NCBI GenBank assembly: GCA_964352255.1
Contig: CAYGQR010000009.1
Span: 3,000 to 66,999 of the forward strand
Length of the DNA: 64,000 nt
Direction: 5' to 3'
From: an uncultured Oligoflexia bacterium
GTDB lineage: Bacteria; Bdellovibrionota_B; Oligoflexia; Silvanigrellales; Silvanigrellaceae
In this document: piece by piece, positions 7,983 through 18,609 of the stretch
Layout: the number at the start of each line of letters is the position of its first letter
How positions within the stretch are numbered: position 1 is the stretch's first letter
Translations under genes and position numbers: made by a program
The notes under the pieces: model-generated
The model's database searches: none
What the model was told of the DNA's origin: nothing
What the model saw: only the letters and a program-made list of their open reading frames with translations

Positions 7983-8118
7983 TTGTATTCCTTTCTCAGA
8001 ATTTTATGCTATAAAGTGCACTGAAGAGCGCTCAGTTTCAACAAACGTATTTTTTTTCTACGCTTTACGTCTGAGTATAACACAAAAGTCCACCCCCAGA
8101 AACATTTATTAGGATCTT

Positions 8119-9942
8119 ATGACTACGCAACAAAACATTCGTAATATTGCTATTATTGCCCACGTTGATCACGGTAAAACCACTTTGGTTGACAAGCTTC
8201 TTGAACAATCCGGCACCTTTGCGGCCCACCATGCACTCGTTGAACGTGTTATGGATAGTATGGACCTTGAAAGAGAACGTGGAATTACTATTAAAGCGAA
8301 AAATGCTTCAATGGTTTATAAAGACACACGTATTAACATTGTCGATACCCCAGGACATGCTGATTTTGGTGGAGAAGTTGAACGTACTCTTATGATGGTT
8401 GAAGGCGCTATTCTGCTTGTAGATGCAGCTGAAGGCCCATTACCTCAAACTCGTTTTGTGTTACAAAAAGCACTTGCTCGTAACTTAAAAATGATTTTGG
8501 TCATCAATAAAGTCGATCGTTCTGATGCGCGCGTCGAAGAAGTTGTGAATTTAGTTCAAGATCTTTTCTTAGAGCTTTCTACAGAAGAAGAACATCTCGA
8601 TTTCCCAATTCTTTATGCTTCTGGGCGTAATGGATGGGCTAATCGCAACGAACCAGTACAAACAGAAACATTGCAAGATTTATTCGATGTTGTTGTTGAA
8701 ACAGTTCCTGCACCAAGTGTAAATGTTGATGGCCCTGCTCAAATGGTTATTAATAATCTAGGTTATAGCAACTTTTTAGGCCGTCTTGCAATTGGGCGCC
8801 TTGAACGCGGAACACTTACAACTAATCAAAGCATTGTATTAATTGATAAAAACAAAAAACTAGTTCCTGCAAAAGTAGTTAAAATCAGAACTTATCGCGG
8901 TCTAGACCAAGTCGATGTCGAATCTATTTGTGCTGGCGATATTGCGATTATCGCAACTGGCCTTTCCGATATGGAAATTGGTGATACTCTTTCTGATGCA
9001 GCTTCTCCTGAAGCGTTGCCTCGTATTGAAGTCGATCCACCAACAGTATCCGTTGAAGTAAGTGTAAACACATCTCCTTTAGCTGGGCGCGAAGGTAAAT
9101 ACTTAACAAGTGCAAAACTTGGTGAATTCTTATTTAAAGAAGCACTTAACAACGTTGCTCTTAAAGTCGAAAATAGCGATACGCCAGAAGTCTTTTTCTT
9201 AAAAGCACGTGGCGAACTTCAAATTGCAATCGTGATGGAAAACTTACGCCGCGCTGGTGGTGAATGTATGGTTGCCCGTCCAAAGGTTATTACTAAAAAA
9301 ATCGATGATGTTGTACACGAGCCTATTGAACACCTTGTTCTTGATGTTCCAGATTTCAGCGTCGGTATTGTTACCGAAAAACTATCTATCCGCAAAGGCC
9401 TCTTAACCAATATGGAAACGTTCAATAACGGGCGCACTCGTATTGAATTCAGTATGCCAACACGTGGTTTACTAGGATACCGCAGTACATTCTTAACCGA
9501 CACAAAAGGCGAAGGCCTCATTTCAAGTTATTTTGCAGGCTGGGAAGCAAGACGTGGTTTATTCTTATCAAGAACAAACGGCGCGCTTATTGCGGATCGT
9601 TCTGGCAAAACCACTGAATACGCACTAGTTGGCTTAGAAGATCGCGGCACTCTATTTGTTAAAGCTGCTGAAGAAGTTTATGAAGGCATGGTTATTGGAG
9701 AACATAACCGCGATTCAAACTTAGATGTAAATGCTGTTCGCGAGAAAAAACTCACTAACATGCGTTCATCAGGTACTGATGAGTCTACTAAACTCACTGC
9801 AATCACAAGAATGTCTTTAGAAACATGTTTGGACTGGGTGGAAGATGATGAGTGGATTGAAATCACGCCTAATAACATTCGTGTTCGTAAACGTGTGCTT
9901 CCTGCAAATCAAAGAAGTGTAACGCGTAAAATTCAAGAATAA
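8119..9942 (+). CDS. typA: Translational GTPase TypA/BipA
   Basis: [43 protein letters not shown], and BipA C-terminal [13 protein letters not shown] and [11 protein letters not shown]. Confidence 0.98.
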   Translation: MTTQQNIRNIAIIAHVDHGKTTLVDKLLEQSGTFAAHHALVERVMDSMDLERERGITIKAKNASMVYKDTRINIVDTPGHADFGGEVERTLMMVEGAILLVDAAEGPLPQTRFVLQKALARNLKMILVINKVDRSDARVEEVVNLVQDLFLELSTEEEHLDFPILYASGRNGWANRNEPVQTETLQDLFDVVVETVPAPSVNVDGPAQMVINNLGYSNFLGRLAIGRLERGTLTTNQSIVLIDKNKKLVPAKVVKIRTYRGLDQVDVESICAGDIAIIATGLSDMEIGDTLSDAASPEALPRIEVDPPTVSVEVSVNTSPLAGREGKYLTSAKLGEFLFKEALNNVALKVENSDTPEVFFLKARGELQIAIVMENLRRAGGECMVARPKVITKKIDDVVHEPIEHLVLDVPDFSVGIVTEKLSIRKGLLTNMETFNNGRTRIEFSMPTRGLLGYRSTFLTDTKGEGLISSYFAGWEARRGLFLSRTNGALIADRSGKTTEYALVGLEDRGTLFVKAAEEVYEGMVIGEHNRDSNLDVNAVREKKLTNMRSSGTDESTKLTAITRMSLETCLDWVEDDEWIEITPNNIRVRKRVLPANQRSVTRKIQE

Positions 9943-9958
9943 TAGGCCGGCAGATTCA

Positions 9959-10150
9959 CTGGATGCCGTTGTAAAGCAACGGTATGACAAACAGCATTTA
10001 TGCAAGAAAACGTGTCATCCCCTGTAAAGCGTGTCATCCCCTGTAAAGCGTGTCATCCCCTGTAAAGCGTGTCATCCCGCTGCTTGACAGCGGGATCCAC
10101 ATTTTTTCACATCGCCTTTCTGGATCCAGCTGTAGAACAGCCGGATCCAG
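9959..10150. repeat. Cluster of REP/RPE-like palindromes with an internal 19-nt tandem repeat
   Basis: Inverted copy 9959-9989; three perfect CGTGTCATCCCCTGTAAAG units 10011-10067; full hairpin ATCCCGCTG-CTTGA-CAGCGGGAT 10074-10096; further hairpin 10120-10150. Lies between convergent genes. Confidence 0.85.
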
Positions 10151-10200
10151 ATTTTTTATGCCATAAATAGGTTCTGTAACAATATTATAAAATGACAAAC

Positions 10201-11499
10201 TTATTTATGAGTTAAACGATACATCAAAACTGCAGCTCGTTGAGTTTGTATGGGCAATGAGTTTAAATCTATAGTTTCCTGTTCGGAATGTGCGCCTGTT
10301 CCTGAGGCACCTAAACCCACCAAATTCGCCGACATTATTGAAGCGACATAAGAAATATCACCACCACCTCTTTCGCCAGGATCTAATTGTGAAACATGAC
10401 CCTGATTCAGATCAAGACTGACTTGACTATATTCATTTAACAAATCCATGTTATTTTTTGTTGGTGACATGCTCGGAATACTTTCTTCAAAAGATACTGC
10501 AGCAGTAGTTCTATCTAAATGTTGGTCTACAATGAATTTTATTTTCTTCTGCATTTTTATTTTCTGCTCTAGACTAATAAAACGCATATCTCCTGTTGCC
10601 ATACCTGTCTTGGCAATGACATTTCCTTTTCCAAAAGCAAAACCCTCTGATTTAGTTTTATCATAATTAACTTTTGCGCCCCCAAGAATGACACCAGGAT
10701 TAAAAGTAAAATAATGTTCATTGTAAGTTTCGGTACGTATGGCATTTAATGCGCGTACGATTTCAAAAATCGCTCCATCACCATACGCTGAATCAAAAAT
10801 CTTTGAAGAATGGCCTTCTTTCCCTTGGCTTTGAATAGTCCAGTTTGAGATCCCACGTCTTGCAATAGATGCTGTATCTAATGAGATTGAATTTTCAAAA
10901 TCCAGAGCAATATTACTTTTCTTTGCAATTTCAATTAAAGGCTGTCTTGAAAGTGCTACCGGCTTTCCAGAAGATTCCTCATCACCTGTAAAAACAACGG
11001 TAATATTCATGTCCTGTAAAACATGAACATCATACAAAGCTTTCAGAGCATATAAAATAATAATATCACCGCCTTTAATATCAATCACACCGGGTCCAGT
11101 GGCTTGGTTTCCTTTTCGTGTGAATTTTTGAAATGGACTTGTTTTTGGAAAAACTGTATCAAGATGCGCTATCAATAAAAGTTTTTTTTCACTTTTTCCC
11201 ATATGCTCTGCGATCAATGTACTGGCTTTATGCATATTTTTGGGTAAATTTATCCATCGTGTTTTAAACCCAATTTTTTCTAGTTCTAGTTTTAAAATTT
11301 CTCCTACTTCATGAATACCTGCAATATTTTCAGTGCCACTATTGATATTCACAAGAGTCTCTAATAGTTTCACTTGGTTATTCTGCATATTCAGAATCTT
11401 TTCTTTTATTTCAAATTCGACAGGGGACAATGAATTTGCGTAGGAAAATTGTACAGATACAAAACATAAAATAAGATTAATAATTTTTTTTAAATTCAT
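10201..11499 (-). CDS. Secreted M20/M25/M40 metallopeptidase (carboxypeptidase G2-like)
   Basis: LLIAHLDTV, GPGVIDIKGG, GDEESS, GHSS, GGDI, GAHSEQE; signal peptide. Confidence 0.9.
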   Translation of the reverse strand: MNLKKIINLILCFVSVQFSYANSLSPVEFEIKEKILNMQNNQVKLLETLVNINSGTENIAGIHEVGEILKLELEKIGFKTRWINLPKNMHKASTLIAEHMGKSEKKLLLIAHLDTVFPKTSPFQKFTRKGNQATGPGVIDIKGGDIIILYALKALYDVHVLQDMNITVVFTGDEESSGKPVALSRQPLIEIAKKSNIALDFENSISLDTASIARRGISNWTIQSQGKEGHSSKIFDSAYGDGAIFEIVRALNAIRTETYNEHYFTFNPGVILGGAKVNYDKTKSEGFAFGKGNVIAKTGMATGDMRFISLEQKIKMQKKIKFIVDQHLDRTTAAVSFEESIPSMSPTKNNMDLLNEYSQVSLDLNQGHVSQLDPGERGGGDISYVASIMSANLVGLGASGTGAHSEQETIDLNSLPIQTQRAAVLMYRLTHK

Positions 11500-11890
11500 T
11501 TATATGACTCTCAAAATAAATCTGCTTAGTTGAAGTAAGGTTATTTAAATTTTTAAAAAGATATTTATGAAACTATTGCATACACTTAAATGGCTTCATT
11601 ATGTCAATAAACAAATAAATATTATGTTAAACATAAGCCAGCATTCCTTGCAAAAATCTTTGAACCAAAAACACTATATTATTGAAACTGGGTTGAGTGT
11701 TTATATTATTGCCACAGACCCTATCAATAATCCACTCGTCTGCTTCGGATCACTTATGTGCACAGGGTCCGTCTATTAGGCAATAAAAAAAGGGTTCTGG
11801 CGCATTATTTCATTTCTAAAATATCCCGCTTGATTTTTATTAAATTTATTTTTACATTTTAATTTTACATTATAGGAAGATTTTAAGTAA

Positions 11891-12886
11891 ATGGAATTTA
11901 AAAAAAGGTTTTTGTTTTTATCTCTTTTTGTGATTTATACGACTACATTTTCTGAGAGCACGTATGCTGCACACAACACTCAAGAAGATTCTTTAAGGCT
12001 TTACGAAGCAATTGCGGCTAAACCACTTTCTATACAAGAGCACACTCTACCAACTGCAGAAACAAAAAATATTGTTTTACCTGTAAGTCGCAATTTTAAT
12101 CAAAAACTGACTGGACTTTGTTGGTCTTACGCTTTTTTTAATGCGCTTGAAACATTGCATTTAGTTGAATCCCCAGAAGATAAATTCGAACTTTCACGTG
12201 GCGCAATGCAATACATTAATATGAAAGATCGAATTCAGCTCCAAATTCAAGGGCTCGATAATCATTTAGATCTAAACGGCAGTGCAAACTGGTCTGTTGA
12301 AGGTGGTACAGTAACAGACGCCGTATATTTGCTTAAAACACATGGTGCATATCAGTTTTCTGATTATCATGATATTCAGTCAAATTCTAATTATAGTAAA
12401 TTATGGCAAGCAGTATTTACGGCATCCACTACAGATGAACGCCTCGCAAAAACAGAAGAAGAACTCATAAAACATTTTCAAGCGCCTCTTCCAGAAAAAA
12501 CTTTTTTTAATGATGAGTGGTTAAGTCCTGTTGAGTTTGGAAGCTCTCTTGTAATAACAGGAGAATGGAATTCGTATGCTATCTCTAAAAATGATTCAGA
12601 ATATTTAGCTACCGATCCAGATCCAGATGCACGATCTGGTTCTATGACATATTTTATGTCCCGGGAAAAAGTATTGGAAAAAATAACTTCCGCCTTAAAA
12701 AGAAATCGTCCTATTGTCTACTCCAACATTGCCCATTTGGTGCTTATCTATGGCGCTGAGTTTGATTCAAAAGAGAATCCGATCAATTTTTACATTAAAA
12801 ATAGTAATGGCTTTCCACAATTTTTCTATAAAGCAGATGCAAAAAGAACTCTTGATAACTTAGGTGAAATTAGTGTGTTAGAGTAA
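11891..12886 (+). CDS. Secreted C1 (papain-like) cysteine peptidase
   Basis: NQKLTGLCWSYA (Gln and catalytic Cys), AHLVLIYG (His), YIKNSNG (Asn); signal peptide. Confidence 0.85.
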   Translation: MEFKKRFLFLSLFVIYTTTFSESTYAAHNTQEDSLRLYEAIAAKPLSIQEHTLPTAETKNIVLPVSRNFNQKLTGLCWSYAFFNALETLHLVESPEDKFELSRGAMQYINMKDRIQLQIQGLDNHLDLNGSANWSVEGGTVTDAVYLLKTHGAYQFSDYHDIQSNSNYSKLWQAVFTASTTDERLAKTEEELIKHFQAPLPEKTFFNDEWLSPVEFGSSLVITGEWNSYAISKNDSEYLATDPDPDARSGSMTYFMSREKVLEKITSALKRNRPIVYSNIAHLVLIYGAEFDSKENPINFYIKNSNGFPQFFYKADAKRTLDNLGEISVLE

Positions 12887-12892
12887 AGAATC

Positions 12893-14275
12893 TTAAGACA
12901 TTGCCAAATTCTCGTATTTAATTACGGGAATCTTCCCATTACTGTCTGGCAAGATTCTATCAACGCGTTCAATATCAAACTCAACTGTTTTATCAAGCTT
13001 CCCTTCTACTAAAAACTTTTTAAACGTTCTTTCTGCTGTGGCAGCTCCTTCATCAGTTGCAACCATATAAGCACGTACTTTATTTTTAGAGAGAATAATT
13101 TGAGAATTTTGAACTTCAGGAATCATCAATAAAGTATCGTACAAAACATAAGGATGAAAAGAAGCCTCTTGGCTGTCATTTGAAGTAAAGTAAATAGGCT
13201 TGTACTCACGAGAAACAATTCTTTTGATGCAAGGCTCATTCCGCTCATTCAAAGCAAATTCAGCTTTGTCACCAATTTTATAACGAATAAATGGTTGCGT
13301 ATAGTTTGTAAAATTTGTGGCAACAACAGTGCCAATTTCACCTGGTTTTACGTGTTGGTTATTTTCATCTAATATTTCTAAAATAGAACATTGTGGAAAC
13401 ATGTCAAAATATTCTGAATCAGTGTGTTTTGCACCAATAAACATACACTCAGACGAACCATAACTATTCATCACTTTTGTCTTAAAAGTGTTTTCAATTA
13501 ATAACTGATTCGTAGGGGTAAGCTGTTCGCCCCCTAAGCCCACATAAACAGGAGAAATATTCAGTTTTCCACTCATTTGAAAAGGCACTAAAGATAAAAA
13601 TAAACCAGAATATCCCAACACTTGATCGGGCTGAAACTCATTCAATATATGAACAATTTCTTCTAATGAATGTAATGCAGAAATTTCTTTTATATTGTAT
13701 TTATCACTTTTAATTGAACGAATAACAGAGAGCGCTGTATTAATACGCGCCGTAGATTTTGGAGTTAAAACTAAAGCAGCAACTTTAATTTTTTTGGTGT
13801 TTTTAGGCTTTACAGCCTGGGAAGTGAGAAATAAGTGTCCTAATATTTTTTGCCATTCACTTCTAGAATAAACAATAGATGTAGGCACGCCTGATGAGCC
13901 CGAGCTTACAACTGCAAGATAGTTTTTTTTAAAAAACGGTTTAGAGTCTGGTTTGTAAATTAAATCATCTACGATTCGATAATTGAGCTTACGATCTGTA
14001 TAAATATCATTTTTATTTTCAATAATGTGTTGTTTTGTCATTATTGGCAAATCTGTTACTTTTAGTTGTTGAATATCTTTTTCTTTAATTCCATAATCCG
14101 TATAAAATTTATGGAAAAATTTTGAATTATGAAACGCATGGTCCACAAGCTTTCTCATTTGATAATTCTGAAATTTCGTTTGACAATACGATTTTAAATA
14201 ACGCGTAGGAACATACTTTTGTGTAGCCTGCATAAAAGCATAACTAGATAAAGGCGATAAAATTTCTGATAACAT
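12893..14275 (-). CDS. Phenylacetate-CoA ligase family (PaaK/CapK-like) adenylate-forming protein
   Basis: SSGSSGVP loop, SYGSSE, ILEILDE...PGEIG..VATNFTNYTQPFIRYKIGD. Confidence 0.85.
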   Translation of the reverse strand: MLSEILSPLSSYAFMQATQKYVPTRYLKSYCQTKFQNYQMRKLVDHAFHNSKFFHKFYTDYGIKEKDIQQLKVTDLPIMTKQHIIENKNDIYTDRKLNYRIVDDLIYKPDSKPFFKKNYLAVVSSGSSGVPTSIVYSRSEWQKILGHLFLTSQAVKPKNTKKIKVAALVLTPKSTARINTALSVIRSIKSDKYNIKEISALHSLEEIVHILNEFQPDQVLGYSGLFLSLVPFQMSGKLNISPVYVGLGGEQLTPTNQLLIENTFKTKVMNSYGSSECMFIGAKHTDSEYFDMFPQCSILEILDENNQHVKPGEIGTVVATNFTNYTQPFIRYKIGDKAEFALNERNEPCIKRIVSREYKPIYFTSNDSQEASFHPYVLYDTLLMIPEVQNSQIILSKNKVRAYMVATDEGAATAERTFKKFLVEGKLDKTVEFDIERVDRILPDSNGKIPVIKYENLAMS

Positions 14276-14366
14276 AAAAATCCTTTTTTACAAAAATTAC
14301 CAATTTGAGCGTTACCTATATAACTTATTTTTATTTTAAAAAACAGTAAGGATTGAATAAAGCAAA

Positions 14367-17036
14367 ATGAGCACAAACATGAATACATGGATGCAAATTC
14401 GTTCTGCCATTCCAACTCATCTTAAAAATTTTGTTGACAAACTGTCAACTGAACACCCCTCTGGTATTTCATTTGCACAGCTCGATTCACCAATGATGAG
14501 ACAATTTAAACAAGCAAAATCTGAAGTGCCAGATGCTCTTTTGTTTTTTAGAATGGGTGATTTTTTTGAATTATTTGGTTTAGATGCAATCATCGCATCC
14601 GATCTGTGTGATTTGACACTTACATCACGCGATAAATCAAATCCAAATCCAGTTCCCATGGCAGGCGTGCCTGCCTGTAGTTACAAAACAACACTTAAAA
14701 AATGTTTAGATGCGGGTTTTAAAGTCGCCGTGTGCGATCAAGTTGAAGATCCTCGCACAGCACAAGGAATTGTGCGACGCGAAATCACACGCATTGCAAC
14801 TCCTGCAGTACCTGGCGATTTAGACAATAATGATTCTTCAGATGACGAATTTGGATGCTATTTAGCGAGTGTAATTCAATCTAACAAAACATTCACGTTT
14901 GCCTATATTGATGTCTCTACTGGCGAATTCCGTTTTACAGCACACTTAAATGCTGATGAACTTCAGCAAGAAATTCTTACAATACGCCCAAAAGAAATTT
15001 TAGTTCAAAGCTCATTTGAAAAACAAATCAATACACTTTTAGGACACGTATCTTCTAATGCTTTTTGCAATAAAACACTAATCAATAAAATTGAGCCATG
15101 GATGCTCAAATCCGAACAGATTTGTAAAGATTGTGTTTTAGAGTTTTTTAAAGAATCCGATTTCCATTCTTTTGGATTATCAACTATACCAGGTGCTTTG
15201 CAATGTGTGGCAAGTATTTTATTTTATTTAAAAAATACTCAAAGAAGTGTTTTTGAACACATTAGCCAAATTAAATACTACGATTCAAAAAGCTATCTTA
15301 TACTAGATGACGCTACAAAGAAAAATCTAGATTTATTTTATACTTCTACCGGCGAAAAACGAGGCAGTTTATTCACGTTCTTGAACGAATGCCAAACAAT
15401 TTTAGGGAGCCGCTTGCTTGTTCGGCGCTTAAATTATCCGTTAAAAAAAACAACCGAAATTCATGAAGAGTTAGAACGTGTAAACGAATTCGTAGAACAT
15501 AATACTGAATGTTTTGGAATGCAAAATCTTCTTTCGCAATGCGCAGATATTGAAAAAATCTTATCGCGGGCATGTCAAAACAGTTTAGATATTAAATCTT
15601 CAATTCTTTTAAAAAATACAATAAACTTAATTCCAATTTTTTTAAATTTTGCAGCAGAAAGTAAAGATTCTTTATCATTATTTTCTTACTATACTCATCA
15701 ATATCAATTAGAAAATTTAAATCCTTTAAGTGAATTTTTAACTACAGCAATATCAGATAATATTTCTGCACAAATTGGTTCAGGCGAAAGTATATTTTTA
15801 AAAAACCATTCTCAAGAATTAGATGAAATTTGTGAATTAGAACAAAACTTCTCTCAGAAGCTCAAAGAACTTGAAGCCAAAGAAAAAACACAATCTGGAA
15901 TTCTAAACTTAAAAATTGGATACACACGCGTTTTTGGGTATTATTTTGAAATTTCACGTGGAAAGCTTGCGCAAACACCTACACATTTTGAACGCAAGCA
16001 AACTCTTACCAATGCAGAAAGATTTATAACACCAGAACTTAAATTATTAGAAGAAAAGGCCTTTTCTGCATCAGCAAAACGCTTAGAACTTGAAAAATCA
16101 TTATTTGAAAATTTACGATTACAAATCATTTCATTTTCAAAACAGCTAATCAATTACGCTACATTCATTGCTAATGCAGATTTAATCACAACATTTTCTT
16201 ATTTAGCTTACAAGTACTCATGGTGTCGCCCTACTGTACTTGGCACACCAGAATCACAATTTGAAGATTGTGCACATCCTATGATGAAGCATTTAAATTC
16301 AACTGAAGATGAGTTCATTGCCAATTCAATTGAATTTTCTAAATCGAACAATCGTATTCATCTAATTACTGGTCCTAATATGGCAGGTAAAAGCACATTG
16401 ATGCGTCAAGTAGCTCTCAATCATTTGCTTTGCCATATCGGTTCATTTGTTTGCGCAAAAAGTGCACGTATTGGTGTACTCGATAGAATTTTAAGTCGAA
16501 TTGGTTCGGCAGATTACGCAGATAAAAATCAATCTACCTTTATGGTTGAAATGTTGGAAACTTCCCAAATTCTGCGTTTAGCAACTTCTCAAAGCCTGCT
16601 TTTGTTAGATGAGGTTGGTCGAGGCACATCTACTTATGATGGGCTTTCACTTGCATGGGCTATTGTAGAAGATATTCACGACAACCAATGCCCACGCACT
16701 TTGTTTTCAACTCACTACCATGAACTTGTAGATGTGTGCCAAACAAAGAAAAATATTACCCCTATGCAAATGGGAGTTTTGGTGCAAAGCAAAGAAAATG
16801 AAAGCGGCCAATTAGAAGAAGAACTTATCTTTTCTCGTAAATACTTGCCCGGATTCATTGGACAAAGTTTTGGATTAAGTGTTGCAAAGCTGGCGGGTAT
16901 TCCATCACGGGTGATTATTCGCGCTAAAGAAATTTTAGATTCATTAGAAGCACCAAAAAACTCGATGAGTTATAATCCAAAAACCCAAAAAAACAAAAAA
17001 GAAGCGGCGCAGCGTTGCGCTGAGACACTATTTTGA
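14367..17036 (+). CDS. mutS: DNA mismatch repair protein MutS
   Basis: SPMMRQF, FFRMGDFFELF, PMAGVP, ITGPNMAGKSTLMRQ, STFMVEM, DEVGRGTSTYDG, FSTHYHEL. Confidence 0.97.
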   Translation: MSTNMNTWMQIRSAIPTHLKNFVDKLSTEHPSGISFAQLDSPMMRQFKQAKSEVPDALLFFRMGDFFELFGLDAIIASDLCDLTLTSRDKSNPNPVPMAGVPACSYKTTLKKCLDAGFKVAVCDQVEDPRTAQGIVRREITRIATPAVPGDLDNNDSSDDEFGCYLASVIQSNKTFTFAYIDVSTGEFRFTAHLNADELQQEILTIRPKEILVQSSFEKQINTLLGHVSSNAFCNKTLINKIEPWMLKSEQICKDCVLEFFKESDFHSFGLSTIPGALQCVASILFYLKNTQRSVFEHISQIKYYDSKSYLILDDATKKNLDLFYTSTGEKRGSLFTFLNECQTILGSRLLVRRLNYPLKKTTEIHEELERVNEFVEHNTECFGMQNLLSQCADIEKILSRACQNSLDIKSSILLKNTINLIPIFLNFAAESKDSLSLFSYYTHQYQLENLNPLSEFLTTAISDNISAQIGSGESIFLKNHSQELDEICELEQNFSQKLKELEAKEKTQSGILNLKIGYTRVFGYYFEISRGKLAQTPTHFERKQTLTNAERFITPELKLLEEKAFSASAKRLELEKSLFENLRLQIISFSKQLINYATFIANADLITTFSYLAYKYSWCRPTVLGTPESQFEDCAHPMMKHLNSTEDEFIANSIEFSKSNNRIHLITGPNMAGKSTLMRQVALNHLLCHIGSFVCAKSARIGVLDRILSRIGSADYADKNQSTFMVEMLETSQILRLATSQSLLLLDEVGRGTSTYDGLSLAWAIVEDIHDNQCPRTLFSTHYHELVDVCQTKKNITPMQMGVLVQSKENESGQLEEELIFSRKYLPGFIGQSFGLSVAKLAGIPSRVIIRAKEILDSLEAPKNSMSYNPKTQKNKKEAAQRCAETLF

Positions 17037-17086
17037 GTCTTTTGTTTTATACAAAAATAAAATAAATTTAAAAATTACGGTATCAA

Positions 17087-17842
17087 CTATGGACATACAA
17101 TAGGAGATAATGGGTTTTTAACAACGACTGGAATGCTAGTGCCTGCTGATTTTAAATTTTGAAAATCACAAGTATAAACATTGCCAGGTATACAATTTTT
17201 AAACGTAATTGCACGCGATTCCAAGGCAAAAGAACTTACCAATGCTCCTGGATCTAAAGGATCATCACAAGTAACTGTACCCTCCATATGCGTTCCGTCA
17301 CACCGTTCGCCACTAGCAACCAAAGTAAACTCATTAAGTTTACTGCCATGTGTTGAAGTTAAAATAAAATCACAAACCTGACTATTATGCGCAAGACCAC
17401 AAAACTCTTTGTTCGCATAACTTGTATAAGTAAGTCCCTGATCTGCTGTAATAAAATTAAGAAAAATTTGAGGAGCTTCTTTTACTGTTGTTTTAATGAC
17501 TGTTCCAGATGGTATAGGAATACATGTCCCTAGTGGTGTTGGTAATGTTAAATTAAAATCACCATTTGTATTGGCAATGCTAATGCGATAATTGCCGCCT
17601 GCAACGCAAGTTCTACTGTGGGGTGGTCTTGAAATATACACCTCTGTATTGCAAGGATCCGCCTGTTTAGGACCATAATGTATCCACACAGGGTCTGCAC
17701 CCGCATTACAAAGTGGTGTTGATTCAGTACAGGGAAGTGGCACTGCATAACTACTCAAAGACCATAAACAAAGAGCAGAGAAGATGAACGAAAATCTTAT
17801 TGTAACAGTTTGTTTTTTTAAATTGTTTAGCCGTATATTCAT
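17087..17842 (-). CDS. Secreted Cys-rich hypothetical protein
   Basis: Signal-like segment ending SSYA; about ten Cys; C-terminus IVCP; directly downstream of a lipoprotein, as in the 3657..4975 cassette. Confidence 0.8.
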   Translation of the reverse strand: MNIRLNNLKKQTVTIRFSFIFSALCLWSLSSYAVPLPCTESTPLCNAGADPVWIHYGPKQADPCNTEVYISRPPHSRTCVAGGNYRISIANTNGDFNLTLPTPLGTCIPIPSGTVIKTTVKEAPQIFLNFITADQGLTYTSYANKEFCGLAHNSQVCDFILTSTHGSKLNEFTLVASGERCDGTHMEGTVTCDDPLDPGALVSSFALESRAITFKNCIPGNVYTCDFQNLKSAGTSIPVVVKNPLSPIVCP

Positions 17843-17879
17843 AGATATTTTCCTTAAAATTTAATGCCGATACAAGTAA

Positions 17880-18326
17880 TCAAGGAGTTGGACACTTAAA
17901 AAAAACAGTATTGCCACCTGGACTTTCTGCAGGCGCTTCTGAATAAGGAAAAGCGGCAGCGCGACAAGCCCAGCTAATAAACGCAGTTTCCGCTCCTCTG
18001 GAACATAGAACGTTGTGGATTCGCACAGATGCATTGCCGTCTATATCTAATGTTGTAGAAACAATTGAGTCACTCAGCACTAAAACATCTGGATCTGTAT
18101 AATCATAAATTGTATGATTACATTCGACATGTAAATGAGGAGATCCCCCTAAAATATCAAACTCTAAATCCGCATTAAACTCTCCCAAAGGAGTGATCTT
18201 GATGAAGGCAACTCCAGCTCCATCATGTGGCAATGGAGACTTCAAATTTTGCACTAATCCATCACCTGTATGACACGCAGAAAATAATATTCCTGAAAAT
18301 ATTGATAGCAAACCTAATCTTATCAT
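17880..18326 (-). CDS. Lipoprotein of unknown function; paralog of 3657..4115
   Basis: Lipobox FSAC; motifs shared with 3657..4115; AAGGA RBS. Confidence 0.85.
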   Translation of the reverse strand: MIRLGLLSIFSGILFSACHTGDGLVQNLKSPLPHDGAGVAFIKITPLGEFNADLEFDILGGSPHLHVECNHTIYDYTDPDVLVLSDSIVSTTLDIDGNASVRIHNVLCSRGAETAFISWACRAAAFPYSEAPAESPGGNTVFFKCPTP

Positions 18327-18609
18327 TATCTTTTTGTCCTTATAAAATTTATCGAAATGGAATTGTAAGACATTATATTCATTCTATAATTCATTAGTCA
18401 AGGCTCCCTAAAGTGAATATTCAGAAGATGCCAAGACTTTGGATGCACACTAATATCTTATTAGTTTTAGTATCTTGCAGGTTATTAAGATTATAGATTG
18501 ATGAAATACTCTTTTAAGAATAATTATATTGATTTTAAAGGTTCATTGTGGTTATCTCTTTCTTTTTAGAAGCCCTTTTATAAGGGGTAAATCAAGGGAT
18601 AAAACACTC

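Noticed and set aside
10011-10067. 19-nt direct repeats as a possible CRISPR array
   Set aside because: Units are contiguous with no spacers, shorter than CRISPR repeats, and no cas genes are nearby; they derive from the adjacent palindrome family.
11567-11779. 70-aa plus-strand ORF in the intergenic region
   Set aside because: No convincing RBS or motif; overlaps the hairpin element and probable promoter DNA.
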